From Azolla caroliniana (taxonomy: Eukaryota > Plantae > Polypodiophyta): a DNA stretch of 64,000 nucleotides. Numbering within the stretch: the stretch's first letter is position 1; every line of letters begins with the position of its first letter. Shown in pieces: positions 1 to 11,372 of this stretch. Under the pieces are notes generated by a model. The model was not told the DNA's origin. It did no database searches and worked only from the letters and a program-made list of their open reading frames with translations. The translations under genes were made by a program, and so were the position numbers. The stretch spans positions 19,220,001 to 19,284,000 of the forward strand of contig JBHGNT010000001.1 of assembly GCA_043228905.1 (NCBI GenBank). Reading direction: 5' to 3'.

Positions 1-681
1 ACAAACAAAACGCTACAGAACATCCTTAGAAAAATCGTCAATGAGAACCGGACCGACTGGGACACGAAGTTGCAGAGCGTGCTGTGGGCGTACCGAACGG
101 CGTACAAGACTAGCATCCGGACGACCCCGTTCCGACTGGCATTCGGCTTGGAAGCAGTCATGCCAGTAGAATTCCAAATTCCTAGCTTAAGAATACAGGT
201 TAAGGAGCGGTTAAGCGAGAAGGAATCCGAACGAATCCGGCTGAAGATGCTGTTAGAACTGGAAGAAAATCGAATAGCCAGCCTACTACAGCTAGAACTA
301 GAGCAAAGGAGGAGGAAAGCCTTTGTAGACCGACATCGGCGCGGTAACGAAAAGGAATTCGAAGTCGGGAAACCAGTATTGCTGTTCCAGACACGGATGG
401 GGAACATGCCGGGGAAATTGCGATTTCGGTGGACCGGACCATTCTGGATCACAAAGGAGTACAATGGGTCTTACCAGCTCGGGACGTTGTCAGGAGAAGT
501 TGTGGGTAAATGGGCAAATGGGTTTCGCCTAAAACCGTATAAAGGGCACATGCCAGCTAACCCCTTCAAGCAAAACCCGGAAAACCCGAATTGCGAGGAA
601 CCGACACCGACGCGTAACAACGACGAGGAACTGACAACAGTGCACACCGACCCGAACATATCGGGGGGAACCGAACAATGA
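1..681 (+). CDS. Gypsy pol, integrase core end and C-terminal GPY/F region (partial)
   Basis: Frame is open from base 1: [52 protein letters not shown]. Confidence 0.9.
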   Translation, partial: TNKTLQNILRKIVNENRTDWDTKLQSVLWAYRTAYKTSIRTTPFRLAFGLEAVMPVEFQIPSLRIQVKERLSEKESERIRLKMLLELEENRIASLLQLELEQRRRKAFVDRHRRGNEKEFEVGKPVLLFQTRMGNMPGKLRFRWTGPFWITKEYNGSYQLGTLSGEVVGKWANGFRLKPYKGHMPANPFKQNPENPNCEEPTPTRNNDEELTTVHTDPNISGGTEQ

Positions 682-708
682 TGAGGCACAGATTTTAAAA
701 AATAAAAA

Positions 709-746
<38 letters not shown>

Positions 747-1259
747 ATGACGTGGTGCTACGGTTAGAAATCAATGTAATGAAGGAAGTAGTTACAACCG
801 TCACACGGGTGCACGAGCTATTTAAAGCGCAGAACGTGGGAGGCCGGTGTACAAGATTTAACACGCGCGGCAATCAAGGAGTCATAATGACAGACACATA
901 GGAGATTCGACACGCGCCAAAGAAGCGCAGGCATGACACGCGGCAGCAAAGGACAGACATGCTATTCATGACAGAGCATGCGCAGGCGCCATAAATAGGA
1001 CATACTATTCGAGGCAGAGGACGTGCAGACGCCGAAATTAAAAAGTAAGATGCTAATTATGGCAGAAGATACGCACGCGCGAAAAACAGGAAAAGGCGGC
1101 TCGAGGGAAACGCCACTATATAAAGGAAGAACCGGGGAAGGGTTCACTTTTTACGAATTTTCCCACAAGCAAACGCAGGCTCATAACAGCAAGATCCGAC
1201 GCGCAGAACACCTACACCCCGACCTCAGACCACAGGCAGCAGCAAACGAAGAAGAAGCG

Positions 1260-4142
1260 ATGGCACTGTCGGACGGAGCGCGACAATGGCTGACGGAGAA
1301 CGGATTAGGAGGGCTGCTGCGGGTCGCTGATGCTCCACCACACAAGGAACCAGAGCAGGCGGCAACAGCGGTAGACTTAGCAGAGGTCACTGAAGGAGCG
1401 GTACAAGCGCTCACAGGGATTTCGGAGGGAGGACTTCAGACGATAGAGCTACCCTCGAGCCAAATATTCTTCGAGTATTTCGGCGAATACTCCCTTAGCA
1501 GCAAGGCGTATCGCACACAGGGCGGAGAGAACCTGCTGTTCGGAGAGGTGGCCCGCGCCCTGATGGAGTATGGGTTCGTGAACCCTCGTCCGGCAGCCAT
1601 AGCCAAATACCGAGCAGCGATCGTCGCCGCGACATTCGAAGGCCTGCAGGTGGACTGGCTCCACTTCATCACCGAAGGACTGCAAGAGGCGATCAAGCAC
1701 TTGGTGGAAGGGAAGAAGCCATGGTCCGGAATATCCCAATGGTTAACAGTGTTGGTCCCACCGGTGTCCCCCATCAAGCACAAGCAAAGAAGTCGGCAGG
1801 AGACTACCCCGAAGCAAACCATGAAACGCCGACGAATCTTAGAAAAACACACTCCAGGATGGACACAGGAAGAAGAAGCGCCGCCAGAAGAGGGATCATC
1901 CCGACAGCCGCGGAAAGAAGGCTCATCTCGACAACCGAGGGAAGAAGACTCCTCCCGACAGCAACGGGAGGAAGGCTCATCACGACAGCCACAGAAACAG
2001 CAACAGCAACCGACCACGAAGAAGTAAAAGGCGGAGAAAGGCAAGGAGAAGCTGGCGAAGAAAACCAGCAAGAGACAAACCGACACCGAACCAGTAACGC
2101 TCGAATCGGAACCGGTACCAGTAAAGGAACCGATAGTCGCAGCGACGGAGGACGCCGAAACAGAGGAAGAGTCATCCGAACCGATGTTAATACTACCACC
2201 CAGGCAAGGGAAGGAGAAACGGGCGACAAGACCGACCCCAACAGCGGTCGGAACTCAACAACGGGCGGAAGAACCAGTAACCGGAACAGAAGCGACACAG
2301 GATGAAGGTTCGTCTGCACCAAAGACGGCAGTACCGGAACCGACAGCGGCGGAGTTCGAAGAACCAAGGAAGGAACAAGCGCCGGAACAAGAGAAGAGGC
2401 CGGAGAAACAGCCGGAGCTAGGCACGCCTGCTGACACCAACGAAGGCAGAACAAAGGCACAATGGCTAAGGTGGTTGTCAGGACAGTTGTCGGGAGTAGC
2501 AGACCAGATGGAGAAAGAGGAGGAGCAAAGAGAAGAAGTGACTAGGACGATGACTAAGGATATGGTCATGCTCCGGGCACAATTACATGAGCTGCAAGAA
2601 GAGATAGCACAGGCAAAAGAAGGCAGCCGACAAGCACGAGATGGCACCGAGCCGGTCGGGACATCAGAAAAGCAAGCCGAACCACAAACAGAGAAGGTCT
2701 TGCAAACCGGCCCTGAGACCGAGAAGTTAATAGCAACTTTGAAAGAAGAATTACAGGCTCAGGAGGCATTGAGAGATAACGAAAGAGAACAGCGGAAGTT
2801 GGTAGAAGACGACAGACGGCGAATGGAGGAAGGCCTTCGCCGAAGCAAAGCCACCAATGACCGACTACAAGAAGAAAACGGGACACTGCAAAAGGAAAAA
2901 GATAGGCTGCGCCGCCGAATGGAGCAGGAAATTGAGCGGTTGCGAGAGGAACTCCGACAACAAAAGGACCGGGATGATCAGTTGCGAGCTCAGGCGAACC
3001 GACGCCTAAAACAGAAGACGGAGGAATTCGACCGACTATGTAAGGATTATAAACAGGCCACGTCGGACATCAAGAATCAGGCAGCAACGTACGACCGACA
3101 GATGGAGAAGCTGAAAGAGCAGCTCAAGGAAAACCGCTTGGAATTGTCCAAAGCAAGGGAGGAAGTATCGGCGGAGAAGACCTTGACGTCGGAACAAAGA
3201 AAGGAGATGGAAGTACTTCGGCAGAAAGTAGGGGAACTGACAAAGAGCCGGAACGAGGAAAAAGTGAAGTTGACTTTCGAAATCAACAAATGGCGGAGTA
3301 CCTGTGACAAGCAGAAAGTCGACTCTGAAGCTCAAGCTCAGTTAATGGCCGACATCATCAAACGGATAAGGAAGGAAAAACAAGCAGCTTCGGAACAGGC
3401 TAAAGCAGGGGTTGACCGAATTAAGTTCATCATGTCAAGCTGGAGTACCCGAGCTCAGGCCAGCATAAATGAAAGCACGGAGAAACTCTGGAAGGAATGG
3501 GCACAACAGGCAGCTGAACTGCAGATACTCCGAGCTGATGCAGAAAATCGGAAGAAAAACGGAGATGGGTTCTATAAAATGGACGAAGAAAGTATCGTCA
3601 ACATCCGGGAAGAACTGTCGGAGGATTTCTATGCTCTAGCAGAAGAACATCTCAAGGAAATCCGAGGGTTAGTAGAGAGGTTGGATGACGGACAGCTCGA
3701 AACCCAACTAGAATTGGAAGGGTACGAGAAGGACCGACTGCGACAGGAAGCCGAGGGACACACAACGCCGATCTCCATTAGTGAGGGCGAGCGACCGGCT
3801 GAAGAGGACCCAACCAACAATGTACCCGAGGAAGAACTTCCGGAGCAAGAGCAGGTTGATGCCGGGGATGATGCAGAGTGGAGACAGAGAAGTACCGAAT
3901 CCGGGGAGGAAAGGACACAACCAGTGGAAACCGGAGAGAGCGATACCGGGAACGGAACGGAGGTGGAGCAGGACAGACCCAGACAGGATACAGAAGAAAC
4001 ACCGGTACCACCGGTACAAGCAGAGTCGGAGCAGCAAGATGCGAAAAGGCAGCCAATCCAATCGGACGTCGGAGACGGCACAGGCAAAACAACACTTGAA
4101 ACCTCGGAGCGGAGTTTGCCTGATAATTTGAAGGAAGACTGA
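1260..4142 (+). pseudogene. Extra ORF2 of element A (~960 codons): conserved N-terminal domain, low-complexity linker, long coiled coil and acidic tail; one in-frame TAA at 2025-2027
   Basis: Track ORFs 1023-2027 and 2184-4142 share a frame with a single stop between them. Homologous segments occur in C, E and H. Confidence 0.8.
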
Positions 4143-4149
4143 AGCCGGC

Positions 4150-4190
4150 TGTGGGTTCGAAGTGCAATGCACTTTCCCACGGGCGTGCCA
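4150..4190 (+). other. tRNA-Arg-like 3'-half module at the PPT position of element A
   Basis: TGTGGGTTCGA-AGTGCAATGCACT-TTCCCAC-GGGCGTG-CCA, then 2 nt, then the LTR TG. Confidence 0.8.
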
Positions 4191-4192
4191 TG

Positions 4193-4564
4193 TGTTGGCC
4201 GGTCAGAGAAGGCAAATGGGAAAGCAAGGTCGGATCGGATAAATATAGAAATAGGAATAGAATTATTAGGAGGGACGGATCCGGTAGTTGTAACCGATCC
4301 GGATCCGAACCGATTCGGTTTCGGTTAACGGTTGCCTACCGAGCACCGATTGTAATCTGGCCGGATGCCTATAAAAAGGATCCGATGTTTTGTAATGAAA
4401 GCACGAAGAATTAATATAGTTTTGCTTATGCTGATTCATCTTGTCTTCGTCTGTGCTTAAGTGTAATTATCATACGCGTGTATTAACATCCTATCCCTAC
4501 CACCCCTTTGGAGAAGTGTCGGATAGACACCTGTGTTGCGGCTAGTCCAGCCATACATACAACA
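4193..4564 (+). repeat. 3' LTR of element A
   Basis: TGTTG...CAACA termini and internal CCTATAAAAGG. Sequence after 4564 resumes a gag remnant homologous to 60604 onward. Confidence 0.8.
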
Positions 4565-5545
4565 ATAAGGCATGTACCCTATTTTTATTTATGGGGCACT
4601 CCCATCCCATAGTTTCTCGGATGCCTTTCGTGGTGCTCCGGATTTCATCAGAGTCAGTTTTCTTGGAGATTTCTAGCACTTCCGGTTAGAAAGATGCCTT
4701 CGCTCTAGATATCTCACCCACACGTATTCCTGCGGTTGTTGCATAATTGATTTTTACCTCTATCTCCTCCTCTAGGACCTTCTTCATGCTGCCTTTTCGG
4801 AAGTTCAGCTGAAGTGGCATCCGATTCGTCGAATGGATTTGATTTCATTCATATTAGATAAGATCCTGCCGTAGAGCCTCCTTGAGCTCACCGCAATCCG
4901 TTTGATCATGTTCGGTGTTGTCGCACCATATGCACCAGCGGTCCGTATACCTGGAACTTGTGGGAAGGTCTTTCGATTCTCCATCTCTTTTAGCAACTGC
5001 TCCATCGTAGTTACTTTGATTCCCTTCTTGGCCGTAGTTGCTCGAGCCCGTGGTTGGTGGTCTTTTACTAAGAACCTCGACCTCAATGTTTGTTCCGTAG
5101 TCCTCCTCTCTTCATGACCAAGCCATTGCCCCCTTTTTGTGTATTGCGTGACGATGTTCCACACATTTTCCCATGTAGTCGTGAGGTCACTCTGAGTAGT
5201 CGTATCGTCTATAAGCACTCCAAGATCTTTCTAGTCCCGGATGTCCACGGCCCGTAAGAACATGATCACTTTGTCCGGTGCAAGGATAGCTTGGCCTCTC
5301 GTGGACAACCTCCCAAATAAACTTTCGAATGCCGAAAACACATTGAGGACCTTCAACCCCTTTTCTGGTGTATCCACCCAATCCCCTCCTTATCACCTTG
5401 GAGGAGTCCTCGATTGTGAATGTAGTCCTTAGCGTTTCTTTAAATGCTTCCCACGTCGGATTTTGTTGACATATCCCGTGGATACTCCCTTGAAGCCCAT
5501 CCGTAGCCACCCAACTGAAGAATGTCATGTGCAATCCTTCTGATA
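4565..5545 (-). pseudogene. Degenerate gag fragment of the G-type Gypsy lineage
   Basis: Nucleotide similarity to 60604-61009, e.g. ggggcactcccatcccatag and tcgcaccatatgcac. Confidence 0.7.
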
Positions 5546-6013
5546 TCCCGAAGATGAGCTCAAGGTTGGTGCTTGCGAGTCTCCCTTTATTGTTCTCCCT
5601 ACTTAGTGATTCTATTTCTTGGGGTTTGTGGACCTCCGTGGTTAAATATTTGTACCTCTATTCTGACTGTTTTTCCTTGTTTTTGTCTATGTCTCTATTT
5701 CGCTCGTTTCTTTGCACCAACATACAACATGAAACCGATTGTGTTTGGTCGATGCTCAACAAACTAGTATCAGAGCAGTGGCATGTTCAAGTTAATCGAC
5801 TGCAACTACTCAGTATGGAAGTCGAAGATGATAGACATGCTAGTATGCAAAAGACCTCTGGTTGCCATTGTAGTTAAGAGATAAGAGACCAGACAAGATC
5901 GATGCAGCGACTTGGGAAGTGTTGCATCTGAAGGCAGCCACATATATAAAGTGTTATATAGACATGAGTCTATACAACAACTTTGATGAAGAGACAAGTG
6001 TTGACGTCATCTG

Positions 6014-6295
6014 TGTTGGAAAATCAACGATCGATTAACCTTCACCACTCGGCCACAACCGAGTAATCGCGAATCAATGCAGCAGAAAACAGGAACCACA
6101 GAGAGAAACACAACGCGAACACAGGGATTAACGTGGAAAACCCTAGATGGGAAAAACCACGGGAGTACGAGACTCCAAACCAACACTATCAGAGAAGTAT
6201 ACAATGGCGAGCTGCAAGGCGACGACCTTGAGCTCGCTGTCCTCGCCACAGGAGGCGGAAAATACAAAGAGGCGTCGTCCTCTTCTTCTCTCACG

Positions 6296-6328
<33 letters not shown>

Positions 6329-6634
6329 ACGGCTGCTCCCTCTTCACTCCTCTTGAGTGGAAAAACAGAAAAATGAGAAGCAACAGTAAAACTGTTTGCC
6401 CTAAGTCATATTTATACTTATATGACTTTGGGCTATTTACAACTATAGCCTCAGGGGCCCATAGCGGACATATTCACGAATATGTCCCTGCATCCGGATC
6501 GCTCTCCGGGTACATTCGTCATCCGGCACCGAAGCCGGGGTCTTCGTCATCCGGATCCGAAACCGAAATCGGGCTTGTCGGCATTCATCTCCGATATCCG
6601 ACCATCCCATCCGAAAGGGACCGAAATCCCAACA
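6014..6634 (-). repeat. 3' LTR of Copia B
   Basis: TG...CA termini. By eye it differs from the 5' LTR by 2 substitutions and one CT unit. Confidence 0.95.
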
Positions 6635-6644
6635 AACTCCCCCT

Positions 6645-9600
6645 TCACTTCGGCATGGGATGTCTCTCCAATCCGATCCTCTTCCGGCATGCTTCCAGCT
6701 TGTCGGGTGTGAGCACCTTGGTCAGCATATCCGACCCGTTCTCGTCCGTGTGGACCTTTGTCAGCACGAACTCCTTGTCTTCTATCATTTCCCGGATCCA
6801 GTGATATCTTCGTTGGATGTGCTTCGTCCGGGAGTGATAGGCCGCGTTCTTCGCAAGGTGGATTGCACTCTGACTGTCGCAGTAGAGTCGGTACTCCTCC
6901 TGCCGGATACCAAGCTCTCTAATGAAGCCCTTCATCCATATTATTTCCTTGCCGGCTTCAACAGCTGCCATTTACTCCGCCTCCGTGGTTGACAACGCAA
7001 CCGTCTTCTGCAGCCTCGACTGCCACGAAACAGCTCCCCCTGCATACGTCATCACATACCCTGATGTGGACCGGCTGGTATCTGCATCAGCCGACATATC
7101 CGAATCGGTGAAGCCGTCGAGTTCGGGCTTACCGGAGCCGAATCGGAGGCACACGTTTGCCGTGCCCTTCAGGTATCGGAGTATCCACTTGGTCGCGTTC
7201 CAGTGCTCTTTGCCGGGGTTGCTCATGTACCGACTCACCACTCCGACTGCATATCCGATGTCCGGTCGGGTACACACCATTGCGTACATCAAGCTCCCGA
7301 CGGCAGAGGCATATGGTACTTTCATCATATCCTCCTTCTCAGCCTTTGTCTTGGGACTTTGCTTGCTGGACAACTTGCAGTTTGCCGGGAGGGTCGATCC
7401 GACCGGTCTTGCTTCCGACATGTTGAACCGGTGAAGCACCTTTGTCACGTACTTCTCCTGTGACAGCCACAACTGCTTCTTCCTCCGGTCCCGGATGATG
7501 TGCATCCCTAGTATTTGCCTCGCCGGACCCAGGTCCTTCATTGAGAAGGTTCGGTGAAGAGCCTTCTTCAGCATCCGTATCTTGACCTGGTCCCGTCCGA
7601 CGATCAACATGTCGTCCACGTACAGGAGGAGTATTAGAAAGTCTCCTCCTTCGAACTTCTTCACAAACACGCAGTGGTCGGACTGCGTTTTGAGGTACCC
7701 TTCGTCGGTCATGAAGGAGTCGAACTTCCGGTACCATTGCCGGGGAGCCTGCTTCAGTCCGTAAAGGCTCTTCTTCAACCGGCATACCAGGTGCTCCTTC
7801 CCTTTCTTCTCGAATCCTTCCGGTTGCTGCATGTAGATCTCTTCATCGAGGTCACCGTGAAGGAATGCCGTCTTCACGTCCATCTGTTCTACCTCGAGGT
7901 CCATGCTTGCCGCTATGCTCAGCACCGTCCGGATGGAGGTCATCTTCACTACCGGGGCAAATATCTCGTCGAAGTCGACGCCCTTCTTCTGCTGAAACCC
8001 CTTCACCACGATCCTGGCTTTGTATCTCGGGGGGTTTCCGGCATCTCCCGGTTTCAGCTTGAACACCCACTTGTTTCGAAGTGCCCGCTTTCCTTTCGGC
8101 AACTCCACAAGTTCATATGTGTGGTTCTCATGCAGGGAATCCATCTCGTCCTGCATAGCACTCAACCACCTGCGGCTCTGGGTGTCAAGTTTTGCTTCTT
8201 CAAAGCTCTCCGGCTCCCCCTCGTCGGTTAGCAGCACGTGCTCTGGTTCCGGAAATCTTCGGGGGGCCCTTCTCTCTCTTAGAGGATATCTCCGTTCCGG
8301 AGCTTCGGTAATCGGTTCTTCCGATTCTTCTTCATCCGAATCCATTTCGGGATCGGGGCCGGTTCCGGTATCATTTTCATCTTCTTCGGCCGGTTCTGTT
8401 TCTTCACCGTCTTCGGCCGGATCCTCGAGTGCTAACCGGTCCCTTGCCGGTCGGGACTGCTCCTCGTAGAGTTGATCCTCACCGGTCAACTTGGGGCTCT
8501 TCATCTTCTTCTCCGACTCCCAGTCGGCGAGTGTCTTGTCCTTCATGAAGATGATGTCTCGACTCCTGAATATCTTCTTGTCGACCGGGTCCCATACTCG
8601 GTAGCCGAACTCGTCGTCGCCGTAACCGAGGAATATGCATGGCCGGGTCTTTGGATCTAGCTTTCCTCTCCGGTCCTTTGCCACATGCACGTATGCGAGA
8701 CACCCGAACACCTTCAGATGCCGGTAGGACACTTCCTTACCGGTCCACACTTTCTGCGGCGTGTCTCCGTCCAAAGGTACTGAGGGTGATCTGTTTATCA
8801 CGTATGTCGCCGTCGACATTGCCTCAGCCCAAAACCCCTTGGGTAATTTCGCATGTGCCAGCATACTCCGGACCCTCTCCATTATGGTCCGGTTCATCCT
8901 CTCGGCCAGCCCTTTCAGTTCCGGCGTCTTCGGCACAGTAAACTCGAGTCGGATTCCCTCCGAGCGACAGTACTCCTGGAACTGCCCCCGGTATTCCCCT
9001 CCGTTATCCGCTCATATCGCTTTCAGCTTCTTGCCGGATTCCCTTTCCACTCTCGCGTGGAGTTCTTTGAAGACGCACAACACTTGGTCCTTGGTCTTCA
9101 TCGGTGCCGTCCACAGTTTTCGGCTATGATCATCGATGAATGTTACGAAGTACTGGGCTCCGCCATGTGACTTCGTCTCTACCTGACACACGTCAGTGTG
9201 CACCAACTCCAATGGTGCGCTACGTCTCGTCGGTGGCCTTGAGTGGAAGGAGGTTCGGTTCTGCTTACCGGCCAGGCAATCGGTGCACTTCTCCAGGTGC
9301 ACATGCTTCACTGGAATAAGGTTGTCTTCTGCAAGCCTCTTCATCCCCTTCTCACTCATGTGACACAGTCTTTTGTGCCACAGCTCACCGGCAGTGTCGG
9401 CTGCCACATTCAACTCTTCCGGACACAACCGGGCATTCATCAGGTACAGTGTGTTGATCTTCCGGGCCCGAGCCACTATCAGGCTCCCTTTGCTGAACTT
9501 CATTACGCCGTTCCGGATGCTACCTGTGTAGCCTTCATCGTCTAGCCTCCCGGCCGAAATCAGGTTCAATCGAACCTCCGGAACGTGTCGGACATCCTTC

Positions 9601-10718
9601 AGCAGCATTTTGCATCCGGTCGGGGTTGTCAACCACACGTCTCCTATGCCGGCAATCCGGCACGTACCTTCATTTCCCATCCGAACACAGCCATGCTCAC
9701 CGGCTGTGTAGGATGAGAAGTATCTTCTTTCCGGGGTCAGGTGGAACGATGCTCTGGAATCGACCACCCAGGTCGTCTCATCGCCGGCAATGTTTAGTTC
9801 ACCTTCTTCGGTGATGAGCATGATTTCTTCCTCACTTGCCGCGAGTGCCGTTGTTCCTTTCCGGTCCTGCCCTCGCCGATCCGAACCTCTCCGGTCCGTG
9901 GCTCCCCGGTATGCACCGTTTCTCTCCGGTGACTTCTTCGAATCGGTGTCGTCGGCTCCGTTGTCTTTTCGGTAATGCCGACAATTCTTTCGGAAGTGCC
10001 CCGGTTTCCCACAGTGGAAGCATGTGGGCCTTCCTCTTGACTGTGACCGGGTCCCCGACTTCTCCCGTCTTTGCGGACTCCGGTTCCATTGTCTTCCCCG
10101 ATCCGATTCGGTAAGCAGCGCCTTCGGGTCGGAGGCCGGTTCTTTATCTCTCCGACGCGCTTCTTCGTTCAAAATACTTGTCTTTACCGTTTGCAAGGAC
10201 AAGTTATCTTCTGTGCAGGAGGTGCTGAGAGTCACCACCAAGTTCTCCCAGCTTTCCGGCAATGTACACATCAGGATGATGGCTTGCATTGCATCCTCCA
10301 ACGGGAACTTGATCGCCGCAAGCTGATTCACGAATCCCATGAACGTGCTTACGTGTTCCACCATACTCTCGCCGTCCCGGTACTTGAGATTCACTATCTT
10401 CCTCATCAGGGAGGTCCGGTTCAACGCATTCTTCCTCTCGTAGAGGCCCGACAGCTTCTTCCACATCTCATATGCGTTGGTGTCGTTCGCCACATGTTGT
10501 AGGACGCTTACATCGACATATTGTCGGATCGTCGCTACGGCTTTCCGGTTCAGGAGTTTCCACTCCGACTCAAGTACCCCCTTCGGTATTTCCGACCTGT
10601 CAATCGGTTCGTACAGGTCCCGAACAATCAGAAGATCCTCCATCTTGATCTTCCAGTCGGCGTAATTCTGCGCGTTCAGCACCATCATTCCCGGCTGCCC
10701 GCTGCCGCCGCCTTCCAT
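6645..10718 (-). pseudogene. Copia B gag-PR-IN-RT-RNaseH polyprotein (1358 codons) with two in-frame stops
   Basis: CFHCGKPGHFRKNC zinc knuckle, WVVDS protease, LWHKRLCH, IDDHSRK, YVDDML and ENGSDMLTK motifs. Stops at 9012-9014 (TGA) and 6972-6974 (TAA); all three ORF pieces are in one frame. Confidence 0.93.
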
Positions 10719-10748
10719 TTTCTGCAGCAGTTCGCTCTGATACCAGAT

Positions 10749-11030
10749 TGTTGGAAAATCAACGATCGATTAACCTTCACCACTCGGCCACAACCGAGTA
10801 ATCGCGAATCAATGCAGCAGAAAATAGGAACCACAGAGAGAAACACAACGCGAACACAGGGATTAACGTGGAAAACCCTAGATGGGAAAAACCACGGGAG
10901 TACGAGACTCCAAACCAACACTATCAGAGAAGTATACAATGGCGAGCTGCAAGGCGACGACCTTGAGCTCGCTGTCCTCGCCACAGGAGGCGGAAAATAC
11001 AAAGAGGCGTCGTCCTCTTCTTCTCTCACG

Positions 11031-11061
<31 letters not shown>

Positions 11062-11367
11062 ACGGCTGCTCCCTCTTCACTCCTCTTGAGTGGAAAAACA
11101 GAAAAATGAGAAGCAACAGTAAAACTGTTTGCCCTAAGTCATATTTATACTTATATGACTTTGGGCTATTTACAACTATAGCCTCAGGGGCCCATAGCGG
11201 ACATATTCACGAATATGTCCCTGCATCCGGATCGCTCTCCGGGTACATTCGTCATCCGGCACCGAAGCCGGGGTCTTCGTCATCCGGATCCGAAACCGAA
11301 ACCGGGCTTGTCGGCATTCATCTCCGATATCCGACCATCCCATCCGAAAGGGACCGAAATCCCAACA
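10749..11367 (-). repeat. 5' LTR of Copia B
   Basis: Direct repeat of 6014-6634, adjacent to the PBS. Confidence 0.95.
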
Positions 11368-11372
11368 ATCTG

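Larger units (their letters stand above)
1..4564 (+). mobile_element. Ty3/Gypsy LTR retrotransposon A (Athila/Tat-like non-chromovirus), 3' portion; 5' part lies outside the window
   Basis: Integrase C-terminus (1-681), A-rich spacer, long extra ORF2 (1260-4142) and 3' LTR TGTTG...CAACA (4193-4564). Confidence 0.9.
6014..11367 (-). mobile_element. Young full-length Ty1/Copia (Tnt1/Tork-like) element B
   Basis: LTRs 6014-6634 and 10749-11367; perfect TSD ATCTG (6009-6013 / 11368-11372); PBS TGGTATCAGAGC (tRNA-iMet) at 10734-10745; PPT GAAGGGGGAG next to 6635. Confidence 0.97.

Noticed and set aside
1260-4142. Retroviral-type env gene
   Set aside because: No visible signal peptide, fusion peptide or transmembrane segment; the protein is highly charged coiled coil.
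4100-4190. Genuine tRNA gene or tRNA-derived SINE at the 3' modules
   Set aside because: No D-arm/A-box, anticodon arm or 5' acceptor strand (upstream is ORF2 coding sequence). The T-loop is interrupted, CCA is encoded, and there is no Pol III terminator or TSD.
1436-4227. Many long antisense or alternate-frame ORFs over TE coding regions and LTRs (also 10521-11417, 46493-47239, 60957-61910)
   Set aside because: Low-complexity mirror translations of biased coding sequence or microsatellites, with no recognisable motifs.
6972-9014. U-to-C RNA editing rescuing premature stops
   Set aside because: That editing is organellar, and the TAA at 6972 replaces a Tyr codon, which editing could not restore.
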